Origin: Candidatus Longimicrobiales bacterium M2_2A_002
GTDB taxonomy: Bacteria; Gemmatimonadota; Gemmatimonadetes; Longimicrobiales; RSA9
Direction: 5' to 3'
DNA length: 64,000 nucleotides
Assembly: GCA_051418035.1 (NCBI GenBank)
Contig: JBPRGE010000112.1
Coordinates: forward strand, 5,109-69,108
In this document: positions 1-6,972 of the stretch, piece after piece
Numbering within the stretch: position 1 is the stretch's first letter
Layout of the letters: every line of letters starts with the position of its first letter
Program-made: the position numbers and the translations under genes
The notes under the pieces: model-generated
What the model saw: only the letters and a program-made list of their open reading frames with translations
What the model was told of the DNA's origin: nothing
Database searches by the model: none

Positions 1-149
1 GCCTCCTGGTCCTGGCCGCTCTTGTCCTTCCAGCTCCGGGAGGTGGCGAGCGATGCCTTCGCCACCCGGGTCCCGCCGGGCGTGGTGCGCACCTCCGGCT
101 CGGCGCCCACGTAACCGATCAGGCTGGCCTTGTTCACGCTTCGACTCAT
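1..149 (-). CDS. ssb: Single-stranded DNA-binding protein (N-terminal part, runs off window)
   Basis: Not in ORF track; manual translation MSRSVNKASLIGYVGAEPEVRTTPGGTRVAKASLATSRSWKDKSGQDQE is a typical SSB OB-fold N-terminus; ATGA overlap with upstream stop at 146-149. Confidence 0.9.
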   Translation of the reverse strand, partial: MSRSVNKASLIGYVGAEPEVRTTPGGTRVAKASLATSRSWKDKSGQDQE

Positions 150-493
150 GCCACGTCCCTCCAGGAGCTCAGGTCATCGCTTTCGGGGTCGTCGGGCTTC
201 TGGTCTTCGAGCTGACCCCTCTGGTACTCGCGCAGCGCCTCATGGGGGATGCGCCACTCGTTGCCGTTCAGGCGGTACGCTCGGAGCTTCCCGTCATGGC
301 ACCAGCCCCGAACGGTGGACGGTGCGCGGTCCATGATGCCGGCCACGTCCTCAACCGTCAGGTCGGCCAGGGGCTCGGGCTCTTCGGCCTCGATCCACTC
401 CGCAAGCTGGTCGCGAGGCAGGGTGGCGGAGCTGCCGGGCGGTAGGGCTTCCACCAGCTTCCGCAGCCGGTCCCGCAGTGTCAGGCTATCCAT
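146..493 (-). CDS. Excisionase-like helix-turn-helix protein (HTH_17/MerR-like)
   Basis: LTVEDVAGIMDRAPSTVRGWCHDGKLRAYRLNGNEWRIP motif; ATG at 493 preceded by GAGG/GGGAG. Confidence 0.8.
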   Translation of the reverse strand: MDSLTLRDRLRKLVEALPPGSSATLPRDQLAEWIEAEEPEPLADLTVEDVAGIMDRAPSTVRGWCHDGKLRAYRLNGNEWRIPHEALREYQRGQLEDQKPDDPESDDLSSWRDVA

Positions 494-748
494 GACGCTC
501 CCTCGTTCCTCGTTCTTCCAAACCGGCGCGCTTCCCACCGTCCGGTTGCAAACTGTGCCAGATTCTGAACCACCGGCCCATGAAATCGGGGCCGCCAAGC
601 GGGACGGCGTAGCCCGCAGGGCCGGGTCTTCCCCTGAGCGGTCGTTGCGGGAGAAAAACGGGGCCTCCAGGGAGGTTTAGGCTTGCCTCAAAATTCGGAG
701 CCCAGCCCTGCCTTTTCGACGCCTTCACCCGCACCGTTCGGGACCCAG

Positions 749-834
749 TGGGACAGACGGGACAAGGTTTCCTGGTTGACTGGCTACGCGCGCGCGTAGC
801 TAAACAACCCGGGAACCCCGTCCCCCTTGTCCCA
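749..834. repeat. 86-bp imperfect palindrome with GGGAC repeats, candidate replication origin of the element
   Basis: Perfect core GCTACGCGCGCGCGTAGC (783-800); symmetric arms without indels; lies just downstream of primase-helicase stop. Confidence 0.65.
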
Positions 835-861
835 TCGCCGGCTCGGCAATCCCGTAGGTCC

Positions 862-3213
862 TTACAGTGCATGGGTTTGCTCGCTTTCGTGCTTTCCGTC
901 CTCCAGTCCGACCCCGATCCAGAACCGGGCCCGCCGGCGGTTTCCCGAGCTGTCGGTGTAGTACTGCCGGGTCTGCCGAACTCCCTGCTCCCGAAGCCAG
1001 TCACCGACCTCCTGGCGGGGCGCATCGATGCCCTCGGCGCGGGCCCAGCTGTCGAGCAGCTCCTGGAGCTCCGACGCCTGGATCTCCAGCCCGGAGCGGA
1101 AGACCAGGCCGACATCCTCGGCGAAGCGTCCGAGCGCGTCCTCCGAGTGCCGGTAGGCCAGCGTGGCCCGCACCACCGCCTCCGGCTCGTCCAGCCCGTG
1201 CTCCTGCCACGCGAGGCACCCCTCGACGATCCACCGCAGGACGCCAGGGGCCTCGGCCGCCAGCTTCTCGTCGAGCGCCGTGTCGGCCTCGGCGCCCCGG
1301 AAGTGGGCCACCCACTCGACGACGCGGATCCGTCGCCAGATGCCGGCGTCTCTGCCCTGGATCTCGGGGAGGTGGTTCGTGAGCAGCCAGAGCGAGTGGG
1401 TCGGCTCGAAGCCCCACGGGTCTTCGCGCATCCGCCGGGCCCGGATCCGGTCGCCACCGGTGAGATTCTTGACGCTGGCCTCTGCCAGTCGCACCCGGCG
1501 CTCCGTCTCGGACGCCACGGCCAGCCGTGTGCGGAACAGGTCCGCCCGGACGGTGTCGTGCTCCCTGTATTTCGACTCCACCAGGAGCGAGAGGTGGGCC
1601 TCGATCGCGTACGGCCCGAGCACGTTCTCGATGGCGCGGATGAACGTCCCCTTGCCGTTGGCCCCGTGTCCGAAGTGAATCACGAACACGTGGTCGCGCT
1701 GGATGCCCACGAGGGCGGCGCCGGCGAGCCGCTGGACGTAGGCGCGCAGCTCCGGGTCCGGGAACCACTCCTCGAGGGCGCGCTCCCAGCGCGGCGCCTC
1801 TGCAGTCGGGTCGTAGCGGACCGGGCACTGCCGGGTCATGAGATCGTCCGGGTCGGCGTCTCTGAGCTCCCCGGTCCGCAGGTCCACCACGCCATTCTCG
1901 ACGCCCAGCAGCCACCCGTCCGCGTCCAGCAGCTCGTGGTCCAGGGGGATCCCCTCGATGCCCCGGGCCAGGTTCACGAGCGACCCGATCCGGCCGCTGT
2001 TGAGGGACTGGAGGCCCCAGCTGAAGAGCTTCTTCGCCCGGTCGCTGTCCGGCTCCTCCGCCGCCTGACGCTTCAGCTCCCGGCCTACGTCTTTCGCCAG
2101 CTCCCGGACGTGGACGTCGTCGTGGTCGAGGATCCATCGCCGGGCGCCCTCCGGCCAGACGATCCACTTCCCCCACGGCGGGATGAACCGCAGCCGGCCG
2201 CCGTGGAGTCGTACGAGCCGGGAACTGTTGCCGGTGTCGGTGAGTGTGAGGGCTTCGCCGCCGGAGTCCGCGTTGGGCGCCTCCGCGTCCGGGTCCTCTT
2301 CGAACGTGAACCGCCGGGCGACGGCCTCGGTGCCTTTGGTGGTCATCACGTCGTTCCAGTCGGTGCCCGGGTCTCCGGGCTCGAAGGTCGGCGCGACGAT
2401 GCGAGCGCCCACGAGGCCGGCCGCCTGCTCGGCGGCCGTCAGGCCCGGGTTGCCCTCCGTCTCGTGGTCGTTGTCCGCCGCGATGATGATCTCGATGTCG
2501 GGGAAGCGGTCCCGAATGGCCTCCGCGACCGGCCCGAGGTTGCCAGCGTCGAAGGCCACCACGGCCGCCACGTCCGCAGCCTCATGGATGGAGGCCGCCG
2601 TGGCGTAGCCCTCCGCGATGACGACCTGGCCGTTCGGGGTGCCGATGGGGAAGTAGCGGGCCCGCTTGGTCGTGCCCTTGAGGAATCGCTTCGCCGGGAC
2701 CGCGTCCGGATCGGCCTCGATGAACTGGAGACCGTCGATCTGGCCGCCGTGGGTGACAGGCACCACGAGGCGGGCGCCGAGCTGGCGGATCCCGTGGGGC
2801 TGAACGCTCTTGCGAACCAGGTAGGGGTGGTCGGGGTCGGCCGGGGTGGCTTTCGCCCACAGGTCGCGACTCCGCTTCCGGGCGCGCTCACGTGTCCGCC
2901 GCTCCTCCTTCTCCCGGGCGGCCTTCGCCTCCGCCATTCTCCGACGCCAGGCCGACCGCTCTTCCGCCGTGAAGTCCCGTTCCGCCTTCGCGCACCAGGT
3001 GACGTCTACGCCACGCTTCCAGCATCCGAAGGCGCCGGCGGGGGGTTCGTCGGGGTAGAGGACGTACCAGCCGTTCTTCGAGCCCCGCTTGTCGCCCTCG
3101 ACGCGGAAGCGGTGGAGTTGCCCGTCCGGAACGATTTCGGTCGGGGTCGGAAGACCGGCGGCCTCCATCTCGGCGCGAAACGCGGGCACGGGGTCGGATC
3201 TGGCCCCGATCAT
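862..3213 (-). CDS. P4-family primase-helicase (TOPRIM + D5_N + SF3 helicase)
   Basis: TOPRIM motifs IAEGYATA, FDAGNL, AADND; Walker A GHGANGKGT; KNLTGGD and TNHLP motifs; ATG at 3213 with GAGG and ATGA coupling. Confidence 0.92.
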   Translation of the reverse strand: MIGARSDPVPAFRAEMEAAGLPTPTEIVPDGQLHRFRVEGDKRGSKNGWYVLYPDEPPAGAFGCWKRGVDVTWCAKAERDFTAEERSAWRRRMAEAKAAREKEERRTRERARKRSRDLWAKATPADPDHPYLVRKSVQPHGIRQLGARLVVPVTHGGQIDGLQFIEADPDAVPAKRFLKGTTKRARYFPIGTPNGQVVIAEGYATAASIHEAADVAAVVAFDAGNLGPVAEAIRDRFPDIEIIIAADNDHETEGNPGLTAAEQAAGLVGARIVAPTFEPGDPGTDWNDVMTTKGTEAVARRFTFEEDPDAEAPNADSGGEALTLTDTGNSSRLVRLHGGRLRFIPPWGKWIVWPEGARRWILDHDDVHVRELAKDVGRELKRQAAEEPDSDRAKKLFSWGLQSLNSGRIGSLVNLARGIEGIPLDHELLDADGWLLGVENGVVDLRTGELRDADPDDLMTRQCPVRYDPTAEAPRWERALEEWFPDPELRAYVQRLAGAALVGIQRDHVFVIHFGHGANGKGTFIRAIENVLGPYAIEAHLSLLVESKYREHDTVRADLFRTRLAVASETERRVRLAEASVKNLTGGDRIRARRMREDPWGFEPTHSLWLLTNHLPEIQGRDAGIWRRIRVVEWVAHFRGAEADTALDEKLAAEAPGVLRWIVEGCLAWQEHGLDEPEAVVRATLAYRHSEDALGRFAEDVGLVFRSGLEIQASELQELLDSWARAEGIDAPRQEVGDWLREQGVRQTRQYYTDSSGNRRRARFWIGVGLEDGKHESEQTHAL

Positions 3214-3479
3214 TCGAGCGTCGCCTCTGTCGAGGTCGCGCCGCCTCCAGCCTCTTCGGCGATACGCTCCCTGAGCCACTGGGCCCGATCGCCGGCGCTC
3301 CTCACGTCCGAGTCCATCATCGAGGCCACGGAGTCGGCGACCCCCGCCCGCAGCACCCGCCGGAGCCGGGTCGTCGCGGCGGTGGCCAGGCTCAGGGCCG
3401 CGTCTATGCGGTCCAATTCGTAGCGAGCCGTCCGGGCCCAACCGGGATCCGAAAGCGCGCTCCGCGCGGAATCAGCCAC
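3210..3479 (-). CDS. Hypothetical helical protein of the element
   Basis: 89-aa ORF; overlaps upstream ORF and couples to the primase ATG. Confidence 0.55.
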   Translation of the reverse strand: MADSARSALSDPGWARTARYELDRIDAALSLATAATTRLRRVLRAGVADSVASMMDSDVRSAGDRAQWLRERIAEEAGGGATSTEATLE

Positions 3480-3669
3480 CGCGGCCTCCCGCGGTCAGTG
3501 TCGTGAACGCATTGCGCAGCTGCTTCCGGATCCGCTGGACCTCCGCCGCGTGGAGCTCGAGTGGCTCGTCGAACGGTGAGCCGAGCTGTTCGCCGGCCCG
3601 CTGGATCAGGGCTTCCGCTCGGGCCAGGGTCTGGCCGGCCTCCTCCAGGAGCTGCGTGGGCGCGGTCAT
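3472..3669 (-). CDS. Hypothetical small coiled-coil protein
   Basis: MTAPTQLLEEAG..., ATG 3669 overlaps stop of upstream fusion ORF (ATGA). Confidence 0.55.
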   Translation of the reverse strand: MTAPTQLLEEAGQTLARAEALIQRAGEQLGSPFDEPLELHAAEVQRIRKQLRNAFTTLTAGGRGG

Positions 3670-4166
3670 CGGGTCCGGGTCCCCTCCCAGGCGGCCTTCG
3701 CCTCCGCCATTCTCCGACGCCAGGCCGACCGCTCTTCCGCCGTGAAGTCCCGTTCCGCCTTCGCGCACCACGTGACGTCTACGCCACGCTTCCAGCATCC
3801 GAAAGCGCCGGCGGGGGGTTCGTCGGGGTAGAGGACGTACCAGCCGTTCTTCGAGCCCCGCTTGTCGCCCTCGACCCGGAAGCGGTGGAGTTGGCCGTCC
3901 GGAACGATTTCGGTCGGGGCCGGAAGACCGGCGGCCTCCATCTCGGCGCGAAACGCGGGCACGGGGTCGGATCTGGCGCCGATCATGCCAGCGTCGCCTC
4001 TGTCGAGCTTCTTGGCCCGCTCAATCGCCAGCCGACGCAGCCATGCACTCAGCGTGAGCCCATCGGCCTCCGCGGCCCGGTGGAGGATCTCCCGGGTGGC
4101 TTCGGTGGTCCTGAAGTTGATCAGGACATCGCGTGACCCGGTGGCGGTCGTGGCGGGTGCTGCCAT
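3666..4166 (-). CDS. Ribbon-helix-helix-like DNA-binding domain fused to a copy of the primase N-terminal domain
   Basis: N-part DVLINFRTTEATREILHRAAEADGLTLSAWLRRLAIERA fits the RHH pattern; from residue 61 about 100 aa nearly identical to the primase start. Confidence 0.7.
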   Translation of the reverse strand: MAAPATTATGSRDVLINFRTTEATREILHRAAEADGLTLSAWLRRLAIERAKKLDRGDAGMIGARSDPVPAFRAEMEAAGLPAPTEIVPDGQLHRFRVEGDKRGSKNGWYVLYPDEPPAGAFGCWKRGVDVTWCAKAERDFTAEERSAWRRRMAEAKAAWEGTRTR

Positions 4167-4439
4167 TGTATCGTGGCCCCCAGATGCAAGTCGGCCCCGC
4201 GTCTTCGAGTAGACCCATCGCAGGGCAGACGCGGGGCATCTTGCCTTTGCGGGGTCCCTCTCAAAGCACGCGGGGCCGGCGAGGGCGCCTTAATGGCCGC
4301 GCATCCAGTGACAGTCGATTAAACCTATTCGGTGCGACGACGCGCCGACTGTCGGAGGGTCGATTCAGACCGCTTCCGGCGTGCGCGGGGTTCTCTGTTG
4401 AGAGTTGGCCCGCCGACCCTTCACGCCGGGGTCAATACA

Positions 4440-4469
4440 AAGCTACGGTGGGAGGTGGCGATGTGTCAA
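4440..4469 (-). promoter_or_regulatory. Sigma70-type promoter of the RHH-primase operon
   Basis: TTGACA (4469-4464), 18 nt spacer, TAGCTT (4445-4440); the same -10 hexamer is seen at 17927. Confidence 0.6.
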
Positions 4470-4510
4470 GACAAGCCCCCGCCACCCCCTTCGCCACCGC
4501 GCTCGTCCGC

Positions 4511-4756
4511 TCAGTCCTCGACCCAATCGTCGGTAACCTCGTTGAGCTCGATCTGGACGATGGCGGGCGCGCCACCGGGTGGCCGACCCCGGTCCTTCAC
4601 CCGGTAGAACACCAGGGGGTCTCCGCTCAGCGTGCTCCCGAAGTCTAGGACGTCATCATCGTCCCACAGGCGGAGACGCTCCTTCAGCTCCCCGATCGTG
4701 ATGCGGCGATCTTCGACCACCGCGCGCTTCCGCCTTCTGATCTCTTCTCTGTCCAT
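4511..4756 (-). CDS. Hypothetical protein
   Basis: 81-aa ORF with GGAGGGG RBS and normal composition. Confidence 0.6.
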   Translation of the reverse strand: MDREEIRRRKRAVVEDRRITIGELKERLRLWDDDDVLDFGSTLSGDPLVFYRVKDRGRPPGGAPAIVQIELNEVTDDWVED

Positions 4757-4819
4757 GAGTCATCCCCCTCCGGGTCGTTCGATAAATGTCAGCGTGCCGT
4801 CCGTGAACCCTCTTCGGGC

Positions 4820-5038
4820 TCAGCTCCTTCGAGGCCTGGAATCGCGCGGAGATCCAGCGGGGATCGCCTCGTACCGGGCCCCGCACTCATCGCAGGCGAA
4901 CCGCCCGACGCCTGCCCGCACCCGCTCCTTCTTCTTGAGCTTCCGGCCCACCGTCCACTGGCCAGGCATGACCGCCAGGTAGCCCCGGCACCCGCGTTCC
5001 GGGCAGTGGAGGGTGGTGTGCGTGCTCGGATCGGCCAT
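4820..5038 (-). CDS. Small zinc-ribbon protein
   Basis: MADPSTHTTLHCPERGC...FACDECG, two Cys pairs. Confidence 0.55.
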   Translation of the reverse strand: MADPSTHTTLHCPERGCRGYLAVMPGQWTVGRKLKKKERVRAGVGRFACDECGARYEAIPAGSPRDSRPRRS

Positions 5039-5102
5039 CACGCCCGGGCCCGCGCGGGTGCGGGTTCGCGCATCCAATCCGGTCTCCGGCTGGCCCGCCG
5101 CC

Positions 5103-6452
5103 TCACTTGGCCTCCAGGGCCACCAGCCGCTCCCCGAGCTCCTTCCGGTGGTTCTCCACCTTGTACTCCACCACCTCTGAACGATGCGGACTGTCCCCGA
5201 CGTGGCCGTAGACGCGGTCAACCAGGGAGGCGCCCCCGTGTCCCATCTCCTTCTGCACCGTGAAGTGGCTCACGGGCGTGTACTCGTACGCGTCTTCGTC
5301 GGTGGCCGGATCCTTGCCGGGCTTCACGATGCGCTGCACCGTCTGCAGTCGGGCGCTGCAGTAGGTGTGCCGGAACGCCTTGGTCCTCACGTCGCCCTCG
5401 TCCAGGCCGACGAGCTCGCCGATCTCGTCCAGCGACTTCCGCAGGTCTCCGATCATGCCGCCGACCCGGGAAGGGAAGAGGAGGCCGCTGACGCGGGGCG
5501 TTCCCCCGGCCGGGAACATCCAGTCGTGCAGGATCTCACGGAGCTGCGGCCAGAGGGGCACGATCCGGTGGCTCGTCAGCGTCTTCAGCCCCCGCACGTC
5601 GGTCGGCCGGAAGTAGATCTTGCCCTTGTCGAAGCTCACATCCTCCGCGCTCAGCCCGAGCACTTCCGACTTCCGGCCGCCGGTCAGCAGGAACGTCGCC
5701 ACGATGGGGTAGAGGCCCTCGGTGGCGTTGTTCCGGCTCCGGGCCCCCACGACCCGGGCGGCCCTCAGGATCAACGCGGCCTCCGGCACCTCGAAGAACT
5801 TCGCCTCGGTGGCTGTGGTGGCCTCCGGCTTCTCCTGGAGCATCTTCACGGGGTTGTAGGCGGGCGGGACGTAGCCCTGCTCCTGGGCCCGGCCGTACAG
5901 GCCGGAGAGCGCCCACATGTAGTTGCGAAGGGTAGTGGAGGAGAGGGTGCCCCCACGCCCGTTCGGCCGCTTCGCCAGCGCGTCCAACCACTCCCGCACG
6001 TCGGCGGGGGTCACGCTCTCGGGGTGCCGGTCAACCCCGAAGTGCTCGACGGCTACCCGGAGGCGCCGCTCGAGGTCCTCCATGTGCTGCTCTGAGGTGC
6101 CGCGCCCACCCGCCGCCTTCTTCATCCGAAGGTGCTTTGCGGCCAGTCGCTGCAGGCCGATGTTTTTCTGCGCACCCGCCCGGCCCGCGCGCTTGTCTTT
6201 GAGCTCCGCCTTCCGCTTGTCGAAGAGGGCGTCGGCGAGGGCGGGGTCGGTGGTGCCCCATCCGGTACCGAGCACATGGGAGCCGTCTTTGGTGTCGCCT
6301 CGCACGGGCGCCAGCGCTTCACGGGCCCCGCCCACGTCGGAGTAGGCCCGGAAGTCGCCGTACGCCCGCCGGCCTTCGGCGTGGCGCTTGTGGTACCGGC
6401 CATCGGAATCCCGCCACATGATGTGAGCTCCCCGACTCTTGCCCTTGCCCAT
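5103..6452 (-). CDS. int: Tyrosine recombinase/integrase
   Basis: Catalytic pattern TGGRKSE, LKT, KAFRHT, MGH, RVYGH; SAM-like core-binding region; ATG 6452 with GGGGAGG RBS. Confidence 0.92.
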   Translation of the reverse strand: MGKGKSRGAHIMWRDSDGRYHKRHAEGRRAYGDFRAYSDVGGAREALAPVRGDTKDGSHVLGTGWGTTDPALADALFDKRKAELKDKRAGRAGAQKNIGLQRLAAKHLRMKKAAGGRGTSEQHMEDLERRLRVAVEHFGVDRHPESVTPADVREWLDALAKRPNGRGGTLSSTTLRNYMWALSGLYGRAQEQGYVPPAYNPVKMLQEKPEATTATEAKFFEVPEAALILRAARVVGARSRNNATEGLYPIVATFLLTGGRKSEVLGLSAEDVSFDKGKIYFRPTDVRGLKTLTSHRIVPLWPQLREILHDWMFPAGGTPRVSGLLFPSRVGGMIGDLRKSLDEIGELVGLDEGDVRTKAFRHTYCSARLQTVQRIVKPGKDPATDEDAYEYTPVSHFTVQKEMGHGGASLVDRVYGHVGDSPHRSEVVEYKVENHRKELGERLVALEAK

Positions 6453-6723
6453 CGGTTCCTCCCCCTGGTGTTGACCCCGGGACTGCGGACGGCCATCGTT
6501 CAAAGGTCCGAGCCCCCTGGGCCGGTCACTGTGCGGCGGTCCGCGTGATGCTCGCTAGGCCTTGCGTGGGCCGCCGTGCTACCTTTGAAAATTGGCGCCC
6601 ACTGGCACGAAGGACAAGGGCTTTGTCACACTCTCTGGCACAGTTTGATCGGGAAAGGCTGGAAATGGCATTGTGTCAGAACCGCCGTAAAACGTTGCGC
6701 CACAAGGGATAACGAAGTATTGA

Positions 6724-6797
6724 GGGCCCGTAGCTCAGGTGGATAGAGCATCGGTTTCCTAAACCGAGGGTCGCAGGTTCGAGTCCTGCCGGGCCCG
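6724..6797 (+). tRNA. tRNA-Arg (CCT)
   Basis: Acceptor stem GGGCCCG/CGGGCCC, D-arm, anticodon arm TCGGT-TTCCTAA-ACCGA, T-loop GGTTCGAGTCC; CCA not encoded. Confidence 0.97.
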
Positions 6798-6861
6798 TTC
6801 GCACGGAAGCGGAAGGGGTCGGTCCGCGCTCTCCCGTGGAGGGCCGGCCGCTCCGGTCGCC

Positions 6862-6890
6862 TTGACAGCCCCATCCGTGAGCGGCAAACT
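6862..6890 (+). promoter_or_regulatory. Sigma70-type promoter
   Basis: TTGACA-17nt-CAAACT upstream of CDS at 6973. Confidence 0.45.
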
Positions 6891-6972
6891 AGGCTGCGGT
6901 ACGACGATACGGGCCTTCCTGCTCTCTTCTCCCCCCGGACCCGAACAAACCTCGCTCCAGTGGAGGAGTATC

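Larger units (their letters stand above)
2911..4007. repeat. Direct duplication of ~324 bp (2911-3234 and 3684-4007) covering the primase N-terminus and its RBS
   Basis: Manual alignment at offset 773: 9 substitutions, no indels. Confidence 0.95.
1..6723 (-). mobile_element. Integrated phage-satellite/P4-like element (right part; left end outside window)
   Basis: Co-oriented integrase, primase-helicase, excisionase-like HTH and ssb next to a tRNA; no host housekeeping genes in the interval; second att copy not seen in window. Confidence 0.85.

Noticed and set aside
546..562. Sigma-54 promoter (TGGCAC...TTGCA on the minus strand)
   Set aside because: Spacing is GG-N8-GC rather than the obligatory GG-N10-GC
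3214..3441. 76-aa N-terminal extension of the primase given in the ORF track
   Set aside because: Overlaps a better coupled ORF (3210-3479); RBS and duplication boundary support ATG 3213
2911..4007. Duplication as a diversity-generating retroelement TR/VR pair
   Set aside because: Differences are not adenine-specific (mostly C/G and synonymous) and no reverse transcriptase is present in the window
4355..4433. HDV-like ribozyme or c-di-GMP riboswitch in the leader
   Set aside because: Pseudoknot order is superficially similar, but the P3/L3 and P1.1 consensus and the GEMM core motifs are not matched
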